A DNA stretch of 64,000 nt from Planctomycetota bacterium (GTDB lineage Bacteria > Planctomycetota > UBA1135 > UBA2386), in assembly GCA_947501605.1 (NCBI GenBank), contig CANMWZ010000019.1, positions 25,279 to 89,278 on the forward strand, given 5' to 3'. Positions 33,034 to 43,057 of the stretch are shown here, piece by piece. The notes under the pieces are model-generated. The model did not search any database. It saw only the letters and a list, made by a program, of their open reading frames with translations, and was not told the origin of the DNA. Within the stretch, counting starts at the first letter, position 1; every line of letters begins with the position of its first letter. The translations under genes and the position numbers were made by a program.

Positions 33034-35589
33034 CTAGAGCGGCTCGGGCCGATCCCTCGATTGGAGCGCGAGGCGCAGCACTTCACGAAATGTGGCCCGC
33101 GTGTACGGCTTGTGCAGGAAGCCCTCGATGTTCGTCGCCGACCCATTCCACCCCAGGGATTGCTCGTGGTAGCCGCTCGTCAGCACCACGCCGACGTCTG
33201 AGCCGCGGCGACGCAGTTCGCGGAGCACTTCCTCGCCGGATAGGCCCGGCATGGTCAGATCGAGCAGCACGAGAGCGATCTCGCCTCGATGCCGCTCATG
33301 CACCGCGAGCGCTTCGGCGCCGTCGCGGGCGACGAGGACACGACAGCCAATCTCGGCGAGCAAGTGTTGGGCGACGGAACGAACCATCGCATCGTCGTCG
33401 ACGAGCAACACCACGGCATTGCTGTGCCAAGGGTCGGCGGGCGCCGCCGTCGCCGACCGTTCGCCATCGGCCGCCGACTCTGCGTCCGAGGCCGGGAGGA
33501 TGACGCGAAACTTCGTACCGACGCCGAGGGTGCTCGTGCAGCGCAGGCTGCCACCATGATTGCGCACGATGCCGAGCACGGCCGACAGCCCCAGACCACG
33601 GCCGGAGAACTTCGTCGTGAAGAACGGTTCGAAGATCCGCGCTTGCGTCGCGGCGTCCATACCGCTGCCGTCGTCCTCGACCTCGATGTAGACGTATTGG
33701 CCCGGAACGAGCGGGGTAAGGGGATCGAAGTCGCGCAGCATCTCGGCGTCGTAGTCTTCGCACCCAGTGCGAATCACGACGTGACCGCCGCGCTCGCTGG
33801 TGGCTTCGCCGGCGTTGATGACGAGGTTCATCAACACTTGCCGCAGTTGCGCAGCGTCGGCGAGCACACGGGGCAAGCGCGTCGAGTACTCGGCGCGCAG
33901 GGTGCAGCGCTTCTGCATCGACACCTCGAGCAGGCGACGCATGTCTTCGGCAACGACGCTCAGGTCGAGGGACTCGGCTCCGCGGCGCACCTTGCCGGCA
34001 TAGGCCAGCATCTGGTTGACCAGTTCGCCGGCGCGCTGAGCCCCTTCGACGGCACGTTCGATGTGCTCATACGCACCGCTGCCCTTGGCGAGTTCGAGCA
34101 GCGCCAGCTCGGCGCGACCCAGGATGCTGGTCAGCAGGTTGTTGAAATCATGCGCAATGCCGCCGGCCAACAGGCCGAGACTCTCCAGCTTCTGGGCTTG
34201 CTGCAACTGCGTCTCGAGTTCGCGCTGCTGCGCGTTCGACAGTTCTTTCTGGCGCGCGAGGCGGCGCGAGTGCACGAGCCCTGAGCACGTGGCAGTCAGT
34301 GGTTCGAGCCATTGGATGAGGGCCTCGTCGTAGCCGCCGTTCCGATTGGCGATCCCGATCATGCCGATCATCTCGTCGCCGAAGAACAGCGGCAGCCCAA
34401 GGAATGCCACGAGCGGAGGATGCCCATCAGGCGTGCCGCCGCGCCGTGGGTCCAGTAGAGGTGCATTGCTGACGACTACCTTGTGCGTCTTCAGCACGGC
34501 ACCGAACAGCGACTGGAGGTTGCCGAACTCCATGCCCTTTGGGGCATTCGCCTCGTAGAAGGCGCGCGTCGCGTCGTCCCAGGCGATGTTGGTGATGGCC
34601 CAGGTGCGGAGGTAAGGCTCGCCATTCGCGCGGCGATGAACCTCGCCGATGAAACCGTACTCGCTTTCTGTCGCATCGAGCAAGAAGGCCAACATCCGGT
34701 CGAAGGACGTGCGCGGATCGGGATCGACCAGGAACTCGCGCTGCAGCCGAGCGAGTCCGTTGAGCAACTGGGCATTCGCTTGCAGCTGAAGCTCGCGGCG
34801 CTTCGCCTCCTGGATGTCGACAATCGTGCCCCACGTCCACAGCGGCCGTCCGTCCGCAGTGCGGCTCGCGATGCGTCCACGCGCAAGGAACCAGAGCCAA
34901 CGACCGTCCTTGGCCTTCAGCCGCAACTCGCACTGGGGCTCGTCCACGTCGCCACCAGCGAGCTTGGCAGTGAGCGAACGAGCCAACTCGAGATCGTCAG
35001 GATGCGCGAGTCGCGTCCAGGTCGCAGCTCCGACCGGCTCGATCTCCGCGAGCGTGTAGCCGAGCAGCGAGGCCCAGCGCTCGTTGACGACAGTCTCGTT
35101 GGTCACGCAGTTCCATTGCCACGTGCCGATGCGCTCACCGTCGAGCATGGCCTGCAAGCGCGCGCTCTCGGTCGACAGCGAACCGGGGGGCGCGAAGCCC
35201 GGGTCCACGTCGAGCAGAACGCCCTCCAAGGTTGTCGTCCCGTCGGCGCCGAGCCGAGCGATCGCACAAACTCGAATGCACCGAACGCTTGCGTCCGCCG
35301 CGACAACATTGCACTCGAGGTCCGCAGTGCCGCCATCCCGCGCCGCGGTCCGCAGTCGTCGCTCCAGTTCGTCGCGATGGTCTTGGTGCAGAAGGTGCAG
35401 CAGCGCGCCGTGCGGGCGACACTGGGTCGCGTCCCAGCCAAGAGCGGCACCGCCGGCGAAGACCACTTCGAGGAAGGCGAGCGTCGCGGCGTCGGCGCGC
35501 CACCACACCGTCGGCAGGGGGGCGGCGCGACGAGCCCCGGTCGCGATCCGCGGCGCAGCAGGCGGAAACGGGGAGATCGGATCGGACAT
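33034..35589 (-). CDS. Cytoplasmic hybrid histidine kinase (PAS, GAF, HisKA, HATPase, receiver)
   Basis: GGIAHDFNNLL, NLVINA, DDGSGM, FEPFFTTK..GRGLGL, LLVDDD..LDLTMP. Confidence 0.93.
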   Translation of the reverse strand: MSDPISPFPPAAPRIATGARRAAPLPTVWWRADAATLAFLEVVFAGGAALGWDATQCRPHGALLHLLHQDHRDELERRLRTAARDGGTADLECNVVAADASVRCIRVCAIARLGADGTTTLEGVLLDVDPGFAPPGSLSTESARLQAMLDGERIGTWQWNCVTNETVVNERWASLLGYTLAEIEPVGAATWTRLAHPDDLELARSLTAKLAGGDVDEPQCELRLKAKDGRWLWFLARGRIASRTADGRPLWTWGTIVDIQEAKRRELQLQANAQLLNGLARLQREFLVDPDPRTSFDRMLAFLLDATESEYGFIGEVHRRANGEPYLRTWAITNIAWDDATRAFYEANAPKGMEFGNLQSLFGAVLKTHKVVVSNAPLLDPRRGGTPDGHPPLVAFLGLPLFFGDEMIGMIGIANRNGGYDEALIQWLEPLTATCSGLVHSRRLARQKELSNAQQRELETQLQQAQKLESLGLLAGGIAHDFNNLLTSILGRAELALLELAKGSGAYEHIERAVEGAQRAGELVNQMLAYAGKVRRGAESLDLSVVAEDMRRLLEVSMQKRCTLRAEYSTRLPRVLADAAQLRQVLMNLVINAGEATSERGGHVVIRTGCEDYDAEMLRDFDPLTPLVPGQYVYIEVEDDGSGMDAATQARIFEPFFTTKFSGRGLGLSAVLGIVRNHGGSLRCTSTLGVGTKFRVILPASDAESAADGERSATAAPADPWHSNAVVLLVDDDAMVRSVAQHLLAEIGCRVLVARDGAEALAVHERHRGEIALVLLDLTMPGLSGEEVLRELRRRGSDVGVVLTSGYHEQSLGWNGSATNIEGFLHKPYTRATFREVLRLALQSRDRPEPL

Positions 35590-35821
35590 ACCTCAAGCTC
35601 CAAGGCGCGGCGTGCGTCTTTCTCTTCTCTTTGGGGTGAGCGGCGAGTGGTGAGAACTCGCAACGCCAACTTGACGGGAGAGTCTGCCGCGACCAACCCT
35701 GAGGAACAACGCCAGACTGCCGCCGTGCGAGAGTTTCACAGTGCGCAGCGCACCGGCATGCCCAACTCGCCTTTTGCGAACCGCACCAACAGGCCAGCCT
35801 CGCGGCTATGCTCCCCCGCCC

Positions 35822-37804
35822 ATGCGCGCGCCGAGGATTACGGGATTGGCCATCCTGTCGCTGCTGCTCGTGCTGTTGTGGCCGCGCTCCGACCGGGAGA
35901 CACTCGAGCCCGCGGCCCAGAACTCGCTGGACGAGGCCGCGAACGGAACGCCCCCGCGGGACGCGCCCGGCGGCGACAGCGCGCACGACGCGGCGGAAGC
36001 GCACGGCGGCCCCACCGCTGTGCGCACGACCATCGCGGCCGAGGCTGGCGACGACCAGAGCCCGTGGACGGTCCAATTCACCGGTCTTCACCCCTCGGTA
36101 CCTTGGACCGCGCCGGTCGGGTTCGTGTTCTTTGACGTCATCCTGCCGCCCGTCGCGGTCGACGAGCGCGGCGCCGCACGCTTCGTGCCCCCGCCGGTCG
36201 CGCGCGGCGCCGGGGTGCAGACCTTCGCCATCGTCACCAGCGACCCGAACTACCGCATCGCGGAGGCCACACCGCTGACCCTGCCATTGCAGCGAAGTGC
36301 GCACACCGAGGTTCGCGTCTACCCCGTCGCGCGCCTGCACGGTCGCGTGCTCGACCCGACGGGCCAGGGCACGGTGGCACGGATCGAGGCCTTTGCGATC
36401 GGCAGAGACGGGCCGCACGACCCGCCGATCGCGCGCACCAACTCCAAGCCGGACGGCAGCTACCTGCTACGCGTACCGCCAGCAATCAAAGTGCTCCTGG
36501 TCGCGGAGAGCGTGGTCGAACTGCCGCGCCTGCCGTGGGGCGAGGATTCGGACCTGCCGCCGGCATTCGAACACGGCGACGCCGCCGCGCGCGACGATCG
36601 CCTTGGTCACGATCCGCGCCGCCCCCGTCTCGATTGGTGGCCGGCAGCGCTGACGGCCGACGGCCTGCACGGAACCGAACGCGTCGTGCCCGAGTTGCGC
36701 CTGCGCGCGACCGCGCTGCTGACCGGACACGTCACCTGCGCCGATGGTCAACCGCTCTCGCGCGTAGAAATCGTGGCCGCGCCGCAGCGACGGGCGACCG
36801 CGACCTTTGGCAGCGGCAGCCAATGGTCGCCGACCGAAGGGCTGCACCGCAGTGTGAGGATTCGCACCGACGAACGCGGCCGGTTCACACTGTCGCTCCC
36901 ACAGGGCGAGGAGTTCGCGGTGACGACCAGGAGCGAAGAGCCGCTGCTGGTAGCGGGCGAGCCGACCGCAGTCGCGACGGCGCCCGGCCACGTCGAGCTG
37001 CGCGCCGAGGGCGACCTCGTCACGCTCTCCGTTATCGACAACGGCGCGCCAGTCGCGGCAGCCGACATCGACATCGGTGGGCGCACCATCCGCACCGACA
37101 AGAACGGCCAGCGCCGCGTCACACTCAGCCTCGGCCACGTTCGCCTGCGCGCCCAGCACGAAGCCAGCACGTCGCCATTCGTCGAGCTGCCACCCGGTCC
37201 GCGGCCCGCAGCCCTCGCGCTCGCGCTGGAAGCAAAGCAACTGGCGCCTGTGCGGATCGCGTTGGTCGCAAACCCGCCGCCGGACACCGCGACGTTCACT
37301 TGGCAACCAGCGGACGGCGGCGCGCCGATCGAGTTCTGGCGCCCACGCGACAGCAAGCTCGCGCAATTCTCGATGGCGGTGCCAGCAGGGCGCTATCGCC
37401 TGTCGTGCGTCGGCACGGCGATGCCATTCATGGACTGCACGATCCCGCTCCAACGCGATATCGAGGTCCCGACGACCGGTTTCGACGCCACCTTCGCGGT
37501 TGCCTACGGCGGCACGATCGCCCTCGATGTGTTCGATCACCGCGGCATGCGACCGCGGGGCCGCTTCACCGTGCGCGACGTCACGGGTCGCGTGTTGCCG
37601 ATGACGGCCGAGGCCTATCGCGACGGCTCGACGATCGTCGGTGGCGAAGGCGAACTGCTGCCGCTTGGCCAGAACCACCTGCGCGGGACGTTGCCCATTG
37701 GCCGCTACGACCTCGTCGTCGAGGCCGAAGGCGGCGAACGCGCGCAGCAGACCGTGGTCTTGCGGTCGCGAGCGCGATCGTCCGTCGTGCTGCGACCCCG
37801 CTGA
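35822..37804 (+). CDS. Membrane-anchored/secreted protein with carboxypeptidase-regulatory-like (transthyretin-like) repeats
   Basis: N-terminal hydrophobic helix; repeats GRVLD..G, T..DG.Y/F.L. Confidence 0.7.
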   Translation: MRAPRITGLAILSLLLVLLWPRSDRETLEPAAQNSLDEAANGTPPRDAPGGDSAHDAAEAHGGPTAVRTTIAAEAGDDQSPWTVQFTGLHPSVPWTAPVGFVFFDVILPPVAVDERGAARFVPPPVARGAGVQTFAIVTSDPNYRIAEATPLTLPLQRSAHTEVRVYPVARLHGRVLDPTGQGTVARIEAFAIGRDGPHDPPIARTNSKPDGSYLLRVPPAIKVLLVAESVVELPRLPWGEDSDLPPAFEHGDAAARDDRLGHDPRRPRLDWWPAALTADGLHGTERVVPELRLRATALLTGHVTCADGQPLSRVEIVAAPQRRATATFGSGSQWSPTEGLHRSVRIRTDERGRFTLSLPQGEEFAVTTRSEEPLLVAGEPTAVATAPGHVELRAEGDLVTLSVIDNGAPVAAADIDIGGRTIRTDKNGQRRVTLSLGHVRLRAQHEASTSPFVELPPGPRPAALALALEAKQLAPVRIALVANPPPDTATFTWQPADGGAPIEFWRPRDSKLAQFSMAVPAGRYRLSCVGTAMPFMDCTIPLQRDIEVPTTGFDATFAVAYGGTIALDVFDHRGMRPRGRFTVRDVTGRVLPMTAEAYRDGSTIVGGEGELLPLGQNHLRGTLPIGRYDLVVEAEGGERAQQTVVLRSRARSSVVLRPR

Positions 37805-37879
37805 GGGCATCGAGCCGTTCCCGGAGCGGACGAGAGGCGCGCACCAAGACAAACGGGGCGCGGGGCGCCCACTGCGGCG

Positions 37880-39145
37880 TCAGAATCGCACGGCCAACAG
37901 ACGCAGCACCGGTCGCAGGCGCTCGCCGGTGCGCCACGCCTCTGCCAGCAGCACGCGCGGATCGATGGCCAGCTGGCTGTCCAGCACGACGCGCGAGCCG
38001 ACGACGACGCGCACGTGCTCGCCGGGAGCAAACCAAGGCTCGCGCAGCATCACCTGCCCCGCGCGAACACCCTGGCTCTTCAAGGTGATGGTCTTCACCC
38101 CCTTCACGACTGCGATATCCCAGGACACCGACACCACGGCCTTCTCCATCGCCCGAATCGTCGCGCGCCGCTGCTCGTCCGCCGACATGCGCGCCGACAC
38201 CGCCACGCGCTCGGGGACGGCGCATCGGCGCTCATCGACCTCGAGCACGCGGAACAGCGGGTGCTCGACGTTGGCAGCGTCGGCGAGCAGCACATGGCGC
38301 TGCGGCAACGCGTTGGCCGCCGGCGTTGCCAGCAGTGCCGAACCGGCCTCGCTCTCGCCCGGCAGCGGTTGGTCGTGACCACTGTCAGCGGGCTCCCAGT
38401 ACTCCATCTGCAAGCCACTGGCCTTCTTGCCGCGCATCACTTCGCGCAGGTTCCAGACCAGCTCCGGATCGTCCTTGCCGCCGCACACCGACAACACGCG
38501 CACGCCACCGAGGTTCGGCAGCAAGCGAAACGCCGTGCGCCGCGGGCCACCGCCGCGCGCGATGATGCCGCGCACCACGCCAGGGCGATGCAGCGCGTCG
38601 TCCCAGCAGGCGTGCCCACCCCACGAGTAGCCCGTGAACCACAGCGCGTCCGGGTCGCCGCCAGCGCGGAACGCCACGGTGCGCAGCACCTTCATGTGGG
38701 CGTCGCGTCCAGCATCGCGGAACTGCTCCGGCTTGTAGCCCGGGATGTCGGCCGTGATGACGCGCTCGTAGACCGCGTCATGCAGCGGTTGGCTGCTCCA
38801 GTTGATCGCCAGCAGCACGGGCAGCGGCTGGTCGTTGGCGCGTTGTGTTGGCACGTGCACCTTGACCTCGATGGCGTCGCCCAAGAAGGGCACGACCCAG
38901 CGCTGATCGCCTCTTGGTTGCAGAGGCCGTTGGCGCAGCGACTGCAGGAGCGCCTCGCCAGTCGCACCTTCGCGCCGCAACAAGGCGTCGAGCAAAGTCT
39001 CGTGCTCGGTCGCGGTGGCGGCGGCAAGGCAGGCTTCGAGTGCGTCCGCCAGCGGCTCTTGGGCTCGCAGCGACGCAAGGACGAGCAGGAGCGACAAGGA
39101 GCCGAACGCTGGCAAGCGCTTCTCCGGCAGCAGCGTCGAAGACAC
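37880..39145 (-). CDS. Secreted alpha/beta-hydrolase
   Basis: Signal peptide, GYSWGG nucleophile elbow, G.KD, SGH. Confidence 0.75.
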   Translation of the reverse strand: MSSTLLPEKRLPAFGSLSLLLVLASLRAQEPLADALEACLAAATATEHETLLDALLRREGATGEALLQSLRQRPLQPRGDQRWVVPFLGDAIEVKVHVPTQRANDQPLPVLLAINWSSQPLHDAVYERVITADIPGYKPEQFRDAGRDAHMKVLRTVAFRAGGDPDALWFTGYSWGGHACWDDALHRPGVVRGIIARGGGPRRTAFRLLPNLGGVRVLSVCGGKDDPELVWNLREVMRGKKASGLQMEYWEPADSGHDQPLPGESEAGSALLATPAANALPQRHVLLADAANVEHPLFRVLEVDERRCAVPERVAVSARMSADEQRRATIRAMEKAVVSVSWDIAVVKGVKTITLKSQGVRAGQVMLREPWFAPGEHVRVVVGSRVVLDSQLAIDPRVLLAEAWRTGERLRPVLRLLAVRF

Positions 39146-39151
39146 CGCGGC

Positions 39152-39565
39152 TCAGTCCCCCAACCGAATCGAGAGCCCCTGCGTGGTGCGCAGCCCGTTC
39201 GGCGCACTGGGATCGAGCCCGGCCGCCGGTACGTGCCCGGGCAGCGCGCGCCGCGCGACCCGCCGCGGGATGGGCAAGGCAACCGACGACCTGCCGAGCA
39301 GATTGGGCGCCGCAAGGAAACCCTGGAGCATGCCACTCCATTCGAGGCCCAAGCCCGACGCACCAAGGCGCGGCTGCGGCGCCGTCGCGCCAATGCGGCC
39401 ACCGAACAACCCGAGGCGCTCGCGACCGCCAACGCAAGCCGCCATGCGCCCAAAGCCCGCGGGGCCGTCAGGCGCGCCCCATTGCTGCGCCTGCGCGAGC
39501 CCACCGTCGGCAGCGAACAAGACCGCACCGTGCAGCGCCAACGTGAGGAATCGATGGTCCGCCAT
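39152..39565 (-). CDS. Small secreted protein or internally deleted relic: signal peptide + Kelch-like stub + C-terminal domain
   Basis: MADHRFLTLALHGAVLF..., RMAA....RERLGLFGG, ALPIP...LDPSAPNGLRTTQGLSIRLGD. Confidence 0.5.
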   Translation of the reverse strand: MADHRFLTLALHGAVLFAADGGLAQAQQWGAPDGPAGFGRMAACVGGRERLGLFGGRIGATAPQPRLGASGLGLEWSGMLQGFLAAPNLLGRSSVALPIPRRVARRALPGHVPAAGLDPSAPNGLRTTQGLSIRLGD

Positions 39566-39832
39566 GAATCGAAGGGGTGGAGGTATCGCGGCGGTCTTGG
39601 GGCGAGGATCGAGAGCAGATGGTCGCGCAGTTGTGGTCCTAGGGCAACGGGGGCCGGCCTGTTGTCCCCGCCAGCGGCGTTGCTTTGGGTTGCTCGACGC
39701 TTCCGTGGCCCGCGCCTCCGCCTGGTCCAACGCTGGCGCGCAGTCTGGACCTGGTCCCGGATCTTCGACCAGAGGACCGCGCGAAGCACCGCTACCATGC
39801 GGCGACCGAGCCACTCGAAGCCGCGCGATTCC

Positions 39833-42800
39833 ATGGACCTGATGACCGTTCTGCTGTTCGCCGGCCTGCTCGTGGTCGTGATCCAAAGGTCGAAGCGCGC
39901 CAGGAACGAGCACAAAGAGCTGCTGCGGCGCATTCAACGCCTCGAACGACAACTCGAGGAACAGAGCCAGCCTCGCAACCAGACCGCGTCGATGGCCGCC
40001 GAACCAGCACCGCGGCCCAGCAGCGCAACACTGGTGCCCGAGCCTGCCGCCGAGCGCTTTGCCGCGCCACTGCCTGAGCCACAGCCTGAGGCAACCGCCG
40101 CCGCGATGGCGGCCGCGCTCGAACCGCCGCACCTTGCTACTGCGGCTGTGACGGCGGCTGCTTTGGCGGCGGCGGGCCATGGCGACGCTGCGCCCGCCAG
40201 CCAGCCGTCACCAGCACGGCAGACCCGCGACGCAGCGCCGACGATCGCGCCGCTGCCGAGCGAGCCCGAACCCGCCATTGCAACCGCCCGCCACGCAACC
40301 CCGTTTCGCGGTGTCGAGCAGACGCTGGGCCTGCGCTGGCTCACGTGGATCGGGGTCGCCTTGCTGTTCCTCGGCATCGCCTTCTTCCTCAAGTACGCCT
40401 ACGACCGCGACTGGCTCGGCAACCTGTTTGGTCCGCGAGCGCGCATCGCGACCGCGACGACCTTCGCCGTGGCCCTCGGAATCGCCGGTTGGCGCAGCCT
40501 TGCGCGCGGCATGAGCGCCTTGGGGCAGGGTCTTCTGGGCGGCGGTCAGGCGCTGCTCTACCTCTCGACCTATGCGGCCTACCAGCCGGCGATGCTCGTC
40601 GTCAGCGAACCGCTGCTGTCGCCAGCCGCCGCGTTCCTGCTGCTCGCCGCCGTGACCGCGCTCGGGCTCGCGCTCGCGGTGCGCCTCAACGCGTTTGCAA
40701 TGGCCATGATCGCCGTGCTCGGCGGCTTTGCCACGCCGGTGCTCGCGAGCCAGGGGGCAGACGCCCGCGACGCCCTATGCACCTACCTCTTGGTGCTCGA
40801 TCTCGGCGTCCTTGGCGTCGCGCGTTACTGCAACTGGCGGGCGCTCGATCTGCTGGCGTTCGCGGGCACCGCCGCACTGTTCTCTGGCTGGTGGCAGCAA
40901 TGGGGCGAGGCCCACCCGCAGCCCGACGCGACCTGCGCGTGGCTTGCGGTGTTTCATCTGCTGTTTGCGGTGTTGCCATTCGTGCGCCACTCTCGATTGT
41001 CGCTGCCGATCCCAGGCGAGCGCTTTGCGTTGGCGCTCGCGAACGTGGCGGCCAGCTACGCCTTCGCCAACACGCTGTTGCTCGACACCGCGAACGGGCT
41101 GTTGGCCGCCAGCTGTCTCTGCATGACCGTGTTCAACGCGGCCTTCGGGGTGCACACCGCGCGCCGGATCCCGGGCGACAAGCGCGCGCGCGATGGCTTC
41201 CTTCTGCTCGGTGCGACGCTGCTGACGTTGGCGCTGTTTCACTGGCTGCCGGCCGAGGTCCTCGCCAGTGCGTGGGTCGTCGAGTCGATCGCATTGCTCG
41301 CGCTCGGCTACCGCTTTGCGCATCCACCAACGAGGCTCGCCGCGCACGCCGTGCTGCTGCTCGCGGTAGTGCGGACCTGGGCCGGGGCACTGCCCGTAGC
41401 CGCCGACGACTACTGGTTCCTGTGGAATGCGCCCTGCCTGTCGCTGTTGCTCGCGGGTAGCGGGTTGCTCGCATTTGGCTGGCTGCATCGACGCTTTGGC
41501 ACCGCATCGCCAGCGACCGCGCTCGCGCGCACCTGCGGCATCGCCGGTTGCTGGTGGATCCTCGCGGTGCTGTCGCTCGAAGTGGTGAGCTGGCAGTCCG
41601 GCTCGGCGACGCAGCTGTGGGGCACCCGGTTCGTCGCGATCGCATGGCTGCAGTTTGCGGGCGCGTTGGCGATGCTCTCGTACTGCGCGCGGCGGCCGTC
41701 GATCGCCGTCCGCAACGGAGCCTTCTTGCCGTGGTTCTGCGGCGTCATCGCGACCGGCATCGCCTACGAATCGTACCCGGCCGACGCTTGGCCCGTAGTC
41801 AACGCCTACTTCGCAGCTGGCTCGGGCGCGTTGCTGGTGCTCGCGCACGCGGCGTGGATTCGCCGCCGTGACGCCACGGCCACCGGACTTCTCGGCGCCC
41901 TGCAGTTGGCGGCGACAGGACTCGCAACCCTGGAGACCTTTGCCTTTCTCCAGCGCGGAGCGGAAGCGCCGACGACTGCGACCCTCAGCTACGCCACCGG
42001 ATTCGTCTGGGTCGCCCTCGCCGGCGGCTCTCTGCTGGTCGCTCATGCCGTGCGCAGTCGCAGCACTGCGGTACTGGCGCTGGTGCCTCTCGCACTTGCC
42101 GCGAACGCCGCAGGTCGGTTGTACCTCGAGGTCGCCCTGCCGATGCCGCTCGTTGCCAACGCGCGCTTCCTGCTGGCGGTGCTTGCGACCGCCAGCCTCG
42201 CCTTTCTGCGCGCGGCGCTGCGGCGAAGCGGTGCTGGCAAGTCTGCCGATCCGGTCGCAGCGCTCGCGCTGCTCGGTGCCTACGCCGCGACGACGGCCGA
42301 AGCCGTGCGGTTCACACTCGCGCATGCCGCCCCCGCACAGCTTCCGGGCCAGTTCGTCGTCACCGCCGCCCTTGCGGCGTTGCTGTGCACGACAGGCGCG
42401 CGTTTTCGAGCACTAGCGACCCAGAACACCTGGCTCAGGACCGCCGGCCTCCTGCTCTTGGTAGCCGCGGCGGGCCTCGGACTTGCGATCTATGCCTCCG
42501 GCTGGCAAGTCGGCTGGATGTTCGCGAACACTCGCTTCGCGCTGATCGCCGCGACCGTGGCAGCGACCCTGCTGTGGCGCCGCGGCAGCGCACTTGCAGG
42601 CCTTGGCCTCGCTGCCGTGCTGCTCGCCTTCGTTGGCATCACGCTCGAACCTCCGATCTGGTTGCTGGCGCACACCGCGGATGTTGCCGAGGGTGAACGG
42701 CTCGCCCTGTTCTCCGTGACGGTGACGTGGCTCGTCGGCGCGATCGCGGCCCTGGTCACCGGGTTTCGCTGCGACCACCGCCGGACGCGCGTCGCGGCGC

Positions 42801-42958
42801 TGGTCCTGTTCAGCGTCGTCGCCATCAAGCTGCTGCTGCTCGACATGTCTGGCGCGCAGCAGCTCTATCGCATCCTCGCGTTCGTGCTCGTGGGTCTGGT
42901 GTTCGTTTCGGTGTCGTGGATCTACCACCGCGTCGAGCGACGCGACGCGCAGCACTGA
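39833..42958 (+). CDS. DUF2339 family polytopic membrane protein
   Basis: E..LG.RWL.WIG..LLFLG.AFFLKY, GGFATP.L, C-terminal KL.L.D....QLYRI..F..VG; >25 hydrophobic segments. Confidence 0.88.
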   Translation: MDLMTVLLFAGLLVVVIQRSKRARNEHKELLRRIQRLERQLEEQSQPRNQTASMAAEPAPRPSSATLVPEPAAERFAAPLPEPQPEATAAAMAAALEPPHLATAAVTAAALAAAGHGDAAPASQPSPARQTRDAAPTIAPLPSEPEPAIATARHATPFRGVEQTLGLRWLTWIGVALLFLGIAFFLKYAYDRDWLGNLFGPRARIATATTFAVALGIAGWRSLARGMSALGQGLLGGGQALLYLSTYAAYQPAMLVVSEPLLSPAAAFLLLAAVTALGLALAVRLNAFAMAMIAVLGGFATPVLASQGADARDALCTYLLVLDLGVLGVARYCNWRALDLLAFAGTAALFSGWWQQWGEAHPQPDATCAWLAVFHLLFAVLPFVRHSRLSLPIPGERFALALANVAASYAFANTLLLDTANGLLAASCLCMTVFNAAFGVHTARRIPGDKRARDGFLLLGATLLTLALFHWLPAEVLASAWVVESIALLALGYRFAHPPTRLAAHAVLLLAVVRTWAGALPVAADDYWFLWNAPCLSLLLAGSGLLAFGWLHRRFGTASPATALARTCGIAGCWWILAVLSLEVVSWQSGSATQLWGTRFVAIAWLQFAGALAMLSYCARRPSIAVRNGAFLPWFCGVIATGIAYESYPADAWPVVNAYFAAGSGALLVLAHAAWIRRRDATATGLLGALQLAATGLATLETFAFLQRGAEAPTTATLSYATGFVWVALAGGSLLVAHAVRSRSTAVLALVPLALAANAAGRLYLEVALPMPLVANARFLLAVLATASLAFLRAALRRSGAGKSADPVAALALLGAYAATTAEAVRFTLAHAAPAQLPGQFVVTAALAALLCTTGARFRALATQNTWLRTAGLLLLVAAAGLGLAIYASGWQVGWMFANTRFALIAATVAATLLWRRGSALAGLGLAAVLLAFVGITLEPPIWLLAHTADVAEGERLALFSVTVTWLVGAIAALVTGFRCDHRRTRVAALVLFSVVAIKLLLLDMSGAQQLYRILAFVLVGLVFVSVSWIYHRVERRDAQH

Positions 42959-43057
42959 GGCAAGTCTGCGCGTTGGCGCCGGCACCCACATACCATGGCG
43001 AGGCTTGGCTCGCGCGCGCCCCGCAGGCGAGCTACGCTGCGCACTCCGGAGGATGTG

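Noticed and set aside
38015..39832. N-terminal 600 aa of ORF 38015..42958
   Set aside because: Antisense to the hydrolase at 37880-39145; the DUF2339 protein starts near 39833
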